Part shown: one piece after another, positions 1-9,412 of the stretch
Layout: the number at the start of each line of letters is the position of its first letter
Position numbering within the stretch: position 1 is the stretch's first letter
Source of the DNA: Candidatus Undinarchaeota archaeon
GTDB taxonomy: Archaea; SpSt-1190; JASMDC01
DNA: 55,072 bases
Direction: 5' to 3'
NCBI GenBank assembly: GCA_964519305.1
Contig: CAZFHY010000001.1
Location: 550,318 to 605,389 of the forward strand
Program-made: the position numbers and the translations under genes
The notes under the pieces: model-generated
Told to the model about the DNA's origin: nothing
Databases searched by the model: none
The model's input: only the letters and a program-made list of their open reading frames with translations

Positions 1-11
1 GGCGTGGCCAT
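1..11 (-). CDS. 5' end of a gene running off the left edge (MATP...)
   Basis: ATG at 9-11 on the minus strand, with an AT-rich TATA-like box (35-42) about 26 nt upstream, the spacing seen for most genes here. Confidence 0.4.
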
Positions 12-42
12 GTCGGGAGCGCCGGGGGCATAGGATAAATAT

Positions 43-860
43 GTTCGCTCGGAGGTCCTGTGGTCTGTGATATCCGAAGCGCAATTCGGATATATGACGT
101 GGATTGAGCTCATTCTCTCGGACATTCGGATATCCGTCTGATGGGAACTGGTATCGGAGATCGAGTTCGTGATTACGACGTTGTGGGGATTTTATCGGAC
201 TACTGGAGTATGACTGTTCTTTCGTATACTAGAGCGCATCAGGGGCGATATACGACTAAGGACGAAGGACATTTTATCTGAAAGGAAAGTGCAGATATAG
301 GTAGTTATCGTACATATGTGCGAAATCTTACCTTACACACCCGGGCTATCTTCTGGATTACACAAGATCTCTTTGATTGGGGGCTCCTTCGCCCTCAGGA
401 TGTCATCTTGGATTCCTTTACGGCTCAAGAATCAGCTCGTTATGATACCATGAACAACGAGCCCAACCGCCACCCCCTCCCACCGCCCTAGAGCGCTCAA
501 CTGGGAGATCAACACCGGAATACCTCGCTCACCAGGAGCCAACGGATACCAGACCATACGTCCGATAACAGTGGGTTATCCGACCTCGCTTATTCCTCCA
601 GATGACTGTAAGAGCCACACGTAAGTTGTCGCCCCTCCTGCCTTAGATTACGTCCCTTTGTGAGCCCGAATTACCCGATCTGACCGACGACGTGATAACT
701 GTGGTTATACGATGTCGTTTCGACGATCCCGATCTTGTCGAATTCTAAATGATAAAGTAAACAGTTTGAAAAGAGAATAGCGAACTAACTGCATACTATA
801 TCATTATGAATTACATTCACATAGACCGTGAGCCCTTCATAGCAATAGACACCGGAGATC
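43..860. other. Long non-coding region, candidate replication origin or regulatory hub
   Basis: No ORF of 60 aa or more; short palindromes and repeats; AT-rich tract 741-820 (21/80 G+C by manual count). Confidence 0.35.
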
Positions 861-879
861 CCACGGACCCTATCCGTGG
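861..879 (-). terminator. Hairpin just downstream of mptA
   Basis: CCACGGA-N5-TCCGTGG inverted repeat 7 nt past the stop codon. Confidence 0.35.
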
Positions 880-886
880 AAGGATG

Positions 887-1867
887 TCACCGCATCCACT
901 CGTTCAACGAATGGTAGCGGGGCGCCGGGTGGTGGTCCTCACCCTCCAACTGGGCGCGTAACAGGCCAAGCGTCGCTGTGCACTCGGCAACGGCGTTGTG
1001 GCGGTGGATGCTCTCCATGCTCTCCATCCGCGCTGCCACAAGTGCGCCATCGGGTAGCTCGGGGAAATGCGTCATCACACCGCCCACCATGGCACGCACC
1101 GCGTCCTCGACGAACCGCGGTCGCCGGTGAGCGCGGGAGACCACATGGGCCTCGTCCGGGCGCTTGAGAACCTCGAAAACCGGTGAGGAGAACGCGTTCT
1201 CCACAATATCGATGAGCGTGTCCGCCTCAACTCTGAGCCGGGGATCGGCGAGCCCGACGGTGAGCTCTGCACGGCCTCGCTGATTGTGCGTGGCGATGGG
1301 GAGCCGCCCCAGGACCTTGTCGATCGCAGCGTCGTCCATGCCTGCCTCTATCAGCACCTCACGCGATGTCTCGCGCATCATCTCTTGTGCGCAGGGACAG
1401 GCCAGCATCCCCTCCACCTCGACCCCTATCGTGCGCCGGGTGGACAGATCGCCGTTAGTACGCCTTGCCACGGCCCGCCCAACAAGGGTGTACATCTCCT
1501 GGCTCCGTCGCTCGCTCACCGGGCTCGTTCGGTCAAGGGGGTACTCTGCGGACAGGTGCACCTCGGTGCGGGTGGCCTCAGGATGCCGTTCCAGGAGTCG
1601 CGAGGCGACCTCGGTGCAGAACTGCTCGACGTCCGCGACCTCGTGCTCGACCCCCTCCTCGATGACCTCGTTGATCGTGTCCGTGCACCGGGACATGTGG
1701 ATCCCTTTCTTCAGGGGATTGAGGTCGATATACACCTCGATATGGGCGGCGAGCGCATTCTCCTGTCCTCCGCGTCGGCGAACGATGAGCTTGCGGATGC
1801 CAGTGACACCTACACGATTGAGGGTGATACGGTGGTCGGGCGCCAGTTCTTGCACATCGGCCGCCAT
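887..1867 (-). CDS. mptA: GTP cyclohydrolase MptA/FolE2 family
   Basis: DVQ N-terminus, KGIHMSR, ACPCAQ, THNQRG, LKRPDE, FVED and ESIHRHNA motifs. Confidence 0.92.
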   Translation of the reverse strand: MAADVQELAPDHRITLNRVGVTGIRKLIVRRRGGQENALAAHIEVYIDLNPLKKGIHMSRCTDTINEVIEEGVEHEVADVEQFCTEVASRLLERHPEATRTEVHLSAEYPLDRTSPVSERRSQEMYTLVGRAVARRTNGDLSTRRTIGVEVEGMLACPCAQEMMRETSREVLIEAGMDDAAIDKVLGRLPIATHNQRGRAELTVGLADPRLRVEADTLIDIVENAFSSPVFEVLKRPDEAHVVSRAHRRPRFVEDAVRAMVGGVMTHFPELPDGALVAARMESMESIHRHNAVAECTATLGLLRAQLEGEDHHPAPRYHSLNEWMR

Positions 1868-1879
1868 GATCCTAGCACC

Positions 1880-2656
1880 TCAGGGGAACCCGGCCTGGCG
1901 ATGGCCCTGGACCGAGAGCGAGACCGCCTCGACGGGCAGATGCTCGCAGGCGGCGTCGGCGAAGCTGAGCAGGAGGCGGAGCGATGGAGGCAGGGCATCC
2001 CCCAGAGGGGTCACCGGTTGTATCGCCAGAGGGACATCGACCTCGGCCAGGAGCTTGGCCACATGCGCCACGTCCTGTTCCCGAGTACGTCCCGTGACGA
2101 CGAGCTTTGCATAGGTCTCACACCCTTCCTTCTTGAATGTCGCTGCACTGGCCACTTCACGTGCAACTAGCTCTTCCCACTCTTTATCGCCGTGTGCCCC
2201 GGCCGTGCGGTCCTTGATGTCCACACTGGCCACGTCCACGAGCTTCGCGACCTTCTTCGCGGCCTTCGGATCGTTACCGTTCGTTTCCAGGAAGACAGGC
2301 AGCTTCTTCTTCTTCAGGCTCGTGAACACCTTCTTGAGAAAAGGGACATGGAGCAGAGGTTCGCCCCCGGTGAACGACACCGAATGGAGCGACGGGGTAC
2401 GCAGGGCCATCACTGCATCGACCACCTGTGCAGGCGTCATGGGATTATCGATCCCGCGACGGCGGGATCCGGGAGCCGCCTCAACAAGAGCAGGTTGTCC
2501 CGAGGTGCCTAGTAGATGGGCCGTATCGCACCAGTCACAGCGGACATCGCATCCCCGGAGCCGGACGAACACCTGGCGTCGGCCTGCGCACGAGCCGGAC
2601 ACGGTCCCCCCTTCGCCTTGGAAGGAAGTGAATATCTCGTGCACCTCGGTATCCAT
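1880..2656 (-). CDS. queE: 7-carboxy-7-deazaguanine synthase (radical SAM)
   Basis: EIFTSFQGEG, CxxxCxxC (CDVRCDWCDT), TGGEPL, LETNG; start set at ATG 2656 from TATA box TTTATAAA at 2679-2686. Confidence 0.9.
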   Translation of the reverse strand: MDTEVHEIFTSFQGEGGTVSGSCAGRRQVFVRLRGCDVRCDWCDTAHLLGTSGQPALVEAAPGSRRRGIDNPMTPAQVVDAVMALRTPSLHSVSFTGGEPLLHVPFLKKVFTSLKKKKLPVFLETNGNDPKAAKKVAKLVDVASVDIKDRTAGAHGDKEWEELVAREVASAATFKKEGCETYAKLVVTGRTREQDVAHVAKLLAEVDVPLAIQPVTPLGDALPPSLRLLLSFADAACEHLPVEAVSLSVQGHRQAGFP

Positions 2657-2710
2657 GGTGGGTGCCAGCATCGGAGGATTTATAAATTCCTCGGGAAGGC
2701 CGGCAGAGAC

Positions 2711-4267
2711 CTACATGACCTCGAACATGGGGGTCTCGTCCAGCAGACGCTTGACGCGCCTGAGCTTGTCCTCGCTACCCGCGTACACCGTTGCGAGCAC
2801 ATCGCCACGATTGACGAACTCGTTGAACTTCCTGTTGAGGTAGACCCCTGCGCTCTTGTTCTGGGGTGAACCCGCCATGCGCGCCACCTTGGCAACGACC
2901 GTATTGATCGTATCGAGCATCTTTCCGGACCTCTCCGCCACTATGTCATACGTATAGGGCGCCAGCTTCAGGTCCTTTAGAGATATCTTTGGATTCCCGC
3001 CCTGAGCTTTGATGATCTTCTGCATCTGCTTCCAGGCCTTACCCGAGCGGAGGACCTCCTCCGCGACCTTGACACCGTCGCCACGTCGTCCACCTTCCTT
3101 GAAGCGCTCGATACCGATTAGCTCGATGAGACGGCCTGCAATGAGCAGCGACTTCTCCTCCAGGTCCTTCGGAGCGTCGGGTTTGTTCTGCAGTACCTTG
3201 AGCACGTCCTGAACCTCGAGCACGGGGCCGATACCATTGCCGATCGGCTCGTCACCGTAGCTGATGAGCACGTCTATCTTCATGCCCAGCATCCGACCGA
3301 GCTTGATGATGATGCTCTCCAGGTGCTTGACCTCGCCGATGGAACTTATCTTCGCTTCATATCCCAGTGGCAGGTCGAAGAGGACATGGGTCGAGCCCAT
3401 GGAGTACTTCTTGGCAAGGATGGATGGGAGGAACAGCCCGATGGGATCGAGCCCCATCGGCTTCCTCACCCTGATGAGCTTGTCGTCGGCAGGGGCCAGG
3501 TTTAGCCCGCCGCCCCAGGCGATGCAGCCGTTCGCCTTCTCAACGGCTTCGAAGACCTTCTCTTTTGAGAGCGTGACATCGGCCAGGACCTCCATGGCGT
3601 CCGCGGTCCCGGCAGCGGACGAGATGGCACGGGATGAGCTCTTGGGCATGCACACGCCAAGCGCTGCCATGATGGGGACCACGATGAGCGTGGTCCTGTT
3701 CCCGGGGACGCCGCCGGAACAGTGCTTGTCGGCCACTACATCCTGAGGGAACGACATGGTCTCACCAGTGCTCACCAGTGCGCGGGTGAGGCATGTTATC
3801 TCATTGAGCGTCATGTCCGACATGGACACGGCAGAGATGAACGAGGCGACCTCGACCTCCGTGAGCCGGTCGTCCACGACGTCAGCGATGATCGCGTTGA
3901 GCTCGTGCTCGGTCAATTCCTCACCGGCCATCTTCTTCTTGATGTATTCTATAGAGGGCGGCTTCCCGAGGGGCATGAGGGAGATCTCCTGCCCGTCCTC
4001 GATACCAAGGGTAAGGAACGTGTCCTCGAACAGGGCTACCTCGTAACCGGGACGCGACTCGGTCCAGAAATCGACGGTCGCAACGCACGAAACACGGGTC
4101 TTGTCGTCCTCCACGTGCGGTGCGTCCTCGCCGTTCTTGGGATCGGGCACGGTCAACCGCACGCGGTCCATGGGATTGAGGTCCAGGTCCTGGGCGACCT
4201 TAGGGCCCACGGCCACGACGTTGTTACCTCCTGTGAGGATATCGATCTTGTGAGCTATGACGCGCAT
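2711..4267 (-). CDS. AMP phosphorylase (archaeal thymidine phosphorylase family)
   Basis: DKHCSGGVPGNRTT, KSSSRAISSAAGTAD, WGGGLNLAPADD, PIGNGIGP motifs; start at 4267 or 4279. Confidence 0.93.
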   Translation of the reverse strand: MRVIAHKIDILTGGNNVVAVGPKVAQDLDLNPMDRVRLTVPDPKNGEDAPHVEDDKTRVSCVATVDFWTESRPGYEVALFEDTFLTLGIEDGQEISLMPLGKPPSIEYIKKKMAGEELTEHELNAIIADVVDDRLTEVEVASFISAVSMSDMTLNEITCLTRALVSTGETMSFPQDVVADKHCSGGVPGNRTTLIVVPIMAALGVCMPKSSSRAISSAAGTADAMEVLADVTLSKEKVFEAVEKANGCIAWGGGLNLAPADDKLIRVRKPMGLDPIGLFLPSILAKKYSMGSTHVLFDLPLGYEAKISSIGEVKHLESIIIKLGRMLGMKIDVLISYGDEPIGNGIGPVLEVQDVLKVLQNKPDAPKDLEEKSLLIAGRLIELIGIERFKEGGRRGDGVKVAEEVLRSGKAWKQMQKIIKAQGGNPKISLKDLKLAPYTYDIVAERSGKMLDTINTVVAKVARMAGSPQNKSAGVYLNRKFNEFVNRGDVLATVYAGSEDKLRRVKRLLDETPMFEVM

Positions 4268-4429
4268 GATGAACCTCACATCGGAAGTGCAACCTTAAAA
4301 AAAGGGTGGCTTCGGGCCCCCACTGGCATGCGCTGACATGGCTTCGGTTCGATTTTTAAGGTTCACCCTGCTGTGAGCGGCCCGAGGGGGCCTCCGGGCC
4401 CTATCATGTCATGATATGGAGTGATCGAG

Positions 4430-6073
4430 ATGGTCGATGATACGCCCAATATGGTGGATTACGAGAAGACTCGCAACGAGTTCAAGCTAGAGGTCCCCGA
4501 GTACTTCAACTTCGGTTTCGACGTTGTCGACAAGTGGGCCGAGGACCGCACGAAGCTCGCCTTGGTGTCGGTCAATCCGGACGATAGCGTGGAGAAGCAT
4601 ACGTTCTGGGACATCAAGACCGGTTCGAACCGTTTCGCGAACGTGCTCAAGAAGCTCGGGCTCAAGAAGGGCGACCGTGTGTTCATCATGCTGCCCCAGT
4701 GCGCTGAGTGGTACATGTGCATGATCGGTATGTTCAAGCTCGGTATCGTGCCCATGCCGGCCACCGCCATGTGCACCGCCAAGGACGTCGAGTACCGCAT
4801 CAAGACAGCTGGGGCCGTCATGGCCATCAGCGATGGTGTGGGCGCCGCCAAGGTCGACAACGTGTTCGATGACGTGGACTGTCTTACCAAGCGTATGATC
4901 CTAGGCGACAAGCGTGAAGGCTGGCTCTCCTACGATGACGAGGTCGCCGCCGCATCCTTACAGCTCGAGGGCGTCGAGAAGACCAGGTCCGACGACACCC
5001 TTCTCCTCTACTTCACATCCGGGACCACGTCCTACCCCAAAATGGTGCTCCATACCCAGGCGTCGTACGCCATAGGTCACCGCATCACGGCCACGTTCTG
5101 GCAGGACCTCAAACCCACCGACCTTCACTGGACCATGTCCGATACCGGATGGGCCAAGGCCGCCTGGGGCAAGCTCTTCGGGCAATGGACCGTGGGCGCC
5201 GCCGTGTTCCAGCTAGAGGGGAAGTTCGATGCCAAGCGTACGCTCGGAGCGATGCAGAACTACGGGGTCACGACCTTCTGCGCACCCCCCACGGTGTACC
5301 GCGTGATGGTCAACGAGGACCTGAAGGTCTTCGACCTGTCCGGCCTGCGCCACTGCATGGCCGCTGGCGAGCCGCTGAACCCCGAGGTCATGCGTATCTG
5401 GAAGGAGGGCACCGACACTCACATCTACGACGGGTACGGCCAGACCGAGACCGTGAACCTCGTGGCCAACTACCGATGCCTGCCCATCAAGCCCGGATCG
5501 ATGGGAAAGCCCACGCCCGGGTTCTACGTTTCCGTCATCGACGACGAGGGCAACGAGGTGCCTCCGGACACGGAGGGACACATCGCTGTTCGCGTGAAGC
5601 CCGAGCGCCCGGTAGGTCTCTTCAAGGAGTACTGGATGGAGCCCGACAAGACCAAGAGCGTCTACATGGGAGACTGGTACCTCACCGGCGACAAGGCCTA
5701 CAAGGACACTGACGGGTACCTCTTCTTCGTCGGACGAGCGGACGATGTCATCATCACCTCGGGCTACCGCATCGGCCCCTTCGAGGTCGAGAGCGCGCTG
5801 CTCGAGCATGCTGCCGTGCAGGAGTCGGCCGTGGTAGCTGCGCCTGATGAGACCCGTGGCGAGGTCGTGAAGGCCTTCGTCATCCTCGCACCCGGATTCG
5901 ATGGGAGCGACGACCTTGTCAAGGAACTGCAGACCCACGTGAAGACGGTAACTGCACCCTACAAGTACCCGCGACGCATCGAGTTCGTCACCGAACTCCC
6001 CAAGACCATCAGCGGCAAGATCCGCCGCGGTGAGCTCAAGGAGCGCGAGTGGAAGGACTGGAAGGTCAAATAG
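4430..6073 (+). CDS. AMP-forming acyl-/acetyl-CoA synthetase (medium-chain ACSM-like)
   Basis: YFTSGTTSYPK, YGQTET, TGD, GRADD, PKTISGKI motifs; SD-like GGAGTGAT 4 nt before ATG 4430. Confidence 0.92.
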   Translation: MVDDTPNMVDYEKTRNEFKLEVPEYFNFGFDVVDKWAEDRTKLALVSVNPDDSVEKHTFWDIKTGSNRFANVLKKLGLKKGDRVFIMLPQCAEWYMCMIGMFKLGIVPMPATAMCTAKDVEYRIKTAGAVMAISDGVGAAKVDNVFDDVDCLTKRMILGDKREGWLSYDDEVAAASLQLEGVEKTRSDDTLLLYFTSGTTSYPKMVLHTQASYAIGHRITATFWQDLKPTDLHWTMSDTGWAKAAWGKLFGQWTVGAAVFQLEGKFDAKRTLGAMQNYGVTTFCAPPTVYRVMVNEDLKVFDLSGLRHCMAAGEPLNPEVMRIWKEGTDTHIYDGYGQTETVNLVANYRCLPIKPGSMGKPTPGFYVSVIDDEGNEVPPDTEGHIAVRVKPERPVGLFKEYWMEPDKTKSVYMGDWYLTGDKAYKDTDGYLFFVGRADDVIITSGYRIGPFEVESALLEHAAVQESAVVAAPDETRGEVVKAFVILAPGFDGSDDLVKELQTHVKTVTAPYKYPRRIEFVTELPKTISGKIRRGELKEREWKDWKVK

Positions 6074-6098
6074 GCTCCCGTAACACGGGACCGTCCGC

Positions 6099-6257
6099 TC
6101 ACTCGATAGGGACAGGTACGCCCTCGAAGGGCCGTGAGGCACACATACGTCGATAGGCGAGGAATGCCGCGACGCTGAGCACTGCGGCCATGGCGAGGAA
6201 GCACATCACACCGCAACAGTTATCCTCATCATCACAGCAGGTGCAACTCGCGCACAT
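6099..6257 (-). CDS. 52-aa Cys-rich single-TM microprotein
   Basis: MCASCTCCDDEDNCCGVMC followed by a hydrophobic helix and RR; TATA-like TATTTAA (6281-6287) about 26 nt upstream. Confidence 0.6.
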   Translation of the reverse strand: MCASCTCCDDEDNCCGVMCFLAMAAVLSVAAFLAYRRMCASRPFEGVPVPIE

Positions 6258-6310
6258 AGCACCACATCGTCGCCTCGGGCTTAAATACCTTTTGCGAGCC
6301 GCGAAGGCCT

Positions 6311-7048
6311 TCACGCATTGAACAGCACGGGGGCAAGACCCTTCACAGGCACGGGGACGAGATAGTAGTCCTCACCGAGCAGCGTGTCCCGGGAAACAGA
6401 GAACGGCTCGAGCCGGGGATATGCGGTCTTCCTGAATCCAAGTAAAGCCACGGCGTCCCCGTCGTCATGGTCGGCGAGAATGCACCGTTCTCCCGGCGGC
6501 GGGTACGTACGGCACGCATCGGGCCTGTCCCCATAGCCCTTGCAGGAGAGGCCCAGGATGAGGCGTTCTGCATGCACCTTCGCTTCGACCTCGAGGTCAC
6601 TGCATGCCTGACGCACGACCACTGAACTAGGAACGTGACGGGCCAGAAGACGTGCGGGTTCGTCCTCCACCTTGTACCGTACGACTACGAGGACCACATC
6701 GTCCCGCGCTTCACGAGGCACCATGTTCCCCACGCCCACGAAGCAGCACAACCCGTCACTGCACGTGCGTTTATCACAGCGCACGCTCCGGGCCACCTTT
6801 CTGAACCGGGGGGCATCCAGCTGTTCATCGAGATATCGGCGGTCACGCCACCTGGACAGGCCGATCGTACGTGCCGCGAATATCGCGGGGAGCGGCCAGA
6901 AAATGTTGAAGGCCACTGCGGCAAGCACGATACCACGGACCGAGGTTCCCTCTGACCACAGCACAACGATGGCCGCTAGTGCACCGATCGCAAGGGCTAT
7001 GACATAGAATAGCTCCTCGCGGTCCTCCAGAGCAGTGACCGTGGCCAT
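6311..7048 (-). CDS. Hypothetical membrane protein (2 N-terminal TM helices)
   Basis: ATG 7048 divergent from the DUF116 gene; two hydrophobic segments, then a soluble domain with several Cys. Confidence 0.65.
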   Translation of the reverse strand: MATVTALEDREELFYVIALAIGALAAIVVLWSEGTSVRGIVLAAVAFNIFWPLPAIFAARTIGLSRWRDRRYLDEQLDAPRFRKVARSVRCDKRTCSDGLCCFVGVGNMVPREARDDVVLVVVRYKVEDEPARLLARHVPSSVVVRQACSDLEVEAKVHAERLILGLSCKGYGDRPDACRTYPPPGERCILADHDDGDAVALLGFRKTAYPRLEPFSVSRDTLLGEDYYLVPVPVKGLAPVLFNA

Positions 7049-7105
7049 GGGCGGCTGAGGGAGCGAGGAAAAGACATTAATACATGTCATACCTTCGCGT
7101 GAAGT

Positions 7106-7798
7106 ATGTTCGGGCTCCCGGAGTGGCTGGTGCTCCTCATGGGCCAGGTATTCGTAGGGCTCATCGGGCTCTCGTTCATACTCACCCTTATCGGTGTGGG
7201 GCTCATCCTCATCAACGCTTATCGCGACCGATTCTTCCTTCCCCGTGCAACACTTGTGCTCTTCACATCGTTCCGCTATCCCATCAAGGCGATCCTGCGA
7301 ATGGTCGGTATGCCCGGGACCACCATCGACCGTCTGAGCCTGGACATCCGGAACACCATCCAGCGTCCTTTCTTCTCCACAGTACCTCCCGGGAGACGAA
7401 TGGCATTCTTTCCCCAGTGCCTTCGTGATGTGAAGTGCCCTGCCCGCACTTCGCCCGAGCACGGGATCATGTGCGCTAAGTGCGGCAAGTGCGTCATCGG
7501 CAAGTTCAAGGAGAAGGGAGAGGAGCTGGGTTACATGGGAGTGTTCATCGTCCCCGGGTCCAGCTTCATCAAGCGGATCGTCAAGCGGGATGGTCCGGGA
7601 GCTGTTCTGGGCATCGCCTGCACTGCCGACGCCACTGCAGGTATGGAGATGCTCGAGGCCTACGGGCTGCCGGCCCACTCTGTCTACCTTCTCAAGGAGG
7701 GCTGTGTGAACACGGTGGTCGATGCCGATCGTGTGCTGGAGATCATGGAGCTGGGATGCGAGAAAGAAGATGTATCTCCTTCCGGCGTGGCAGCATAG
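7106..7798 (+). CDS. DUF116 domain membrane protein
   Basis: N-terminal TM; PQCLRxxxCPA...CxxCGKCxIG, IVPGSS, GIAC, GCVNT motifs. Confidence 0.85.
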   Translation: MFGLPEWLVLLMGQVFVGLIGLSFILTLIGVGLILINAYRDRFFLPRATLVLFTSFRYPIKAILRMVGMPGTTIDRLSLDIRNTIQRPFFSTVPPGRRMAFFPQCLRDVKCPARTSPEHGIMCAKCGKCVIGKFKEKGEELGYMGVFIVPGSSFIKRIVKRDGPGAVLGIACTADATAGMEMLEAYGLPAHSVYLLKEGCVNTVVDADRVLEIMELGCEKEDVSPSGVAA

Positions 7799-7816
7799 AA
7801 GTGCTTCGCTCACTGA

Positions 7817-8554
7817 TCACTCGTCACCGAAAAGGTGATCGAAACCATCCCCGATTGCGAGGCCCACCCTCTTGTACCAAGGCGATTCTCGCCGTACTTT
7901 CGCTTTTTGGGCGATATCCAGGAAGTTGTCCAGTAACTGGTAGCCCGCATCGTTGTCAATGCCTTCATCCTCGAGCTGTTGGCCCCATTCAGGGTGGAAC
8001 TGCACCGCGTAGACGGGTTTCCGCTTGTGCTGTATCCCCTGCACTTCGCAAAGGTCCGAATACGCTGTTACCTTGAATCCACGTGGGACCTCGGTCACCT
8101 CGTCACCGTGGTATTCGGCCATGATCACCTCATCGTCGAGCCCTTTGAACAGTGGACTCTTCTGTGTGAGGTGGACCTTGGTCGGGCCTCGCTCCAGGTC
8201 GTAGCCCTCCGCCTTATCGGTCCTCCCGCCATAGGATTCGGCAAGGAGCTGGTGAGCAAAGCAGATGCCGAGCACTGGCCGTTTCGATGAGCGGTAAAGC
8301 TCTTGCTCGGCCTGTAGCCATTCGTCATCCCTATGCTCACGAACATTATATGGCGATCCTGAACCGATGATACCATCGAAATCGTTGGGATCCGGCAGCT
8401 CACCCTTGTATGCCTCGAAACTTGTCACGTCAGCGCCCGCTTCCTCGAGGTATGACGCGACCATCCTCCCCGTATAGCCCTCGGGGTGGTTCTGGAGCAC
8501 GGCTATGCGCACGGGCTCGCGGTCAACCTCACAAGGTTCGTCCAAGGTGTACAC
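7817..8554 (-). CDS. Class I glutamine amidotransferase (GMP synthase A-like)
   Basis: GSGSP, LGICFAHQ nucleophile Cys and QFHPE His-Glu give an intact triad. Confidence 0.88.
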   Translation of the reverse strand: MYTLDEPCEVDREPVRIAVLQNHPEGYTGRMVASYLEEAGADVTSFEAYKGELPDPNDFDGIIGSGSPYNVREHRDDEWLQAEQELYRSSKRPVLGICFAHQLLAESYGGRTDKAEGYDLERGPTKVHLTQKSPLFKGLDDEVIMAEYHGDEVTEVPRGFKVTAYSDLCEVQGIQHKRKPVYAVQFHPEWGQQLEDEGIDNDAGYQLLDNFLDIAQKAKVRRESPWYKRVGLAIGDGFDHLFGDE

Positions 8555-8603
8555 TGGTTACCACTCTATAGTAGTAATATATCTTTTTGAGTATTTAAGT
8601 GTT

Positions 8604-8621
8604 GCGGTCTGCAAAGACCGC
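8604..8621. promoter_or_regulatory. Perfect palindrome, candidate operator
   Basis: GCGGTCT-GCAA-AGACCGC between divergent promoters, upstream of the regulator pair. Confidence 0.45.
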
Positions 8622-8665
8622 TCCACCTTACTTTTTTATTACTGGTGGTAGTATCTGCTGACCGG

Positions 8666-9412
8666 ATGTCCGTTGCTAGTGCCCTTGCTCACGAGGCCCG
8701 AATCGAGTTGCTCCGTTCCCTCATAGATGAAGGGGATGCCACATTGGAGGTGCTCTGTTCGCGCACAGGTCTTGCTGCCCGGGCAGTGGAGCAACATTCC
8801 AAGGTGCTCCTTGAGCTCGGGATGGTGACGCGTCTGGACGAGGACAAGTTGAGCGTCCTCGCCGACACCCAGACGCTTCTTGAGCCTCTCCTCCTACCGA
8901 AACGGCAGGGAAGTGCCGCAAGGTGCTGTAGTGTGATGGAGGACCAGACACAGGTCCTCAAGACCATGGAGCGTGTCAACGTCCGCCTCGGACGTCAGGA
9001 CGTCAACTACTACCTTTACAACGGTGATGAGCTCGCGAACCTCTTTGACTGGCTGAAGCGAGATGCGGAGCTGATGCCGGAGGAGCTGTGCCAGCGCGGT
9101 GTGGACATGCGGTTGCTGACGACAATCACGGAGGAGAACCTTCCAGATGTACGACGGCTCGCTCAATGGTTCGATATCCGACACCTGCCCAAGAAGGTGC
9201 TGGACTTCCGCTTCATCATCAAGGGTGCCAACGACGTGTTCTTCTGGTTCACACGACGACGTTCGAAGAACGATAACAAGAGGCTGTGCGCTCACTTCCA
9301 TGGCGAGGACTTCCAGAACGCCTTCTACGCGGTATTCATCACCCTCTGGGTGCTCTCCACTCAGCTGCCCGACCGGGTGGCCGAGATACGGGAGGTGCAT
9401 GAAGATGACTGA
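8666..9412 (+). CDS. ArsR-type wHTH regulator with TrmB/PLD-like C-terminal domain
   Basis: ALAHEARIELL...QHSKVLLELGMV HTH; RGVDMRLLTTITEEN...IRH and FxxLW C-terminal motifs; T-rich TATA about 26 nt before ATG 8666. Confidence 0.78.
   Translation: MSVASALAHEARIELLRSLIDEGDATLEVLCSRTGLAARAVEQHSKVLLELGMVTRLDEDKLSVLADTQTLLEPLLLPKRQGSAARCCSVMEDQTQVLKTMERVNVRLGRQDVNYYLYNGDELANLFDWLKRDAELMPEELCQRGVDMRLLTTITEENLPDVRRLAQWFDIRHLPKKVLDFRFIIKGANDVFFWFTRRRSKNDNKRLCAHFHGEDFQNAFYAVFITLWVLSTQLPDRVAEIREVHEDD

Noticed and set aside
7049-7813. N-terminal half of the 500-aa ORF 6311..7813
   Set aside because: It is the antisense shadow of the DUF116 gene; ATG 7048 is the more plausible start.
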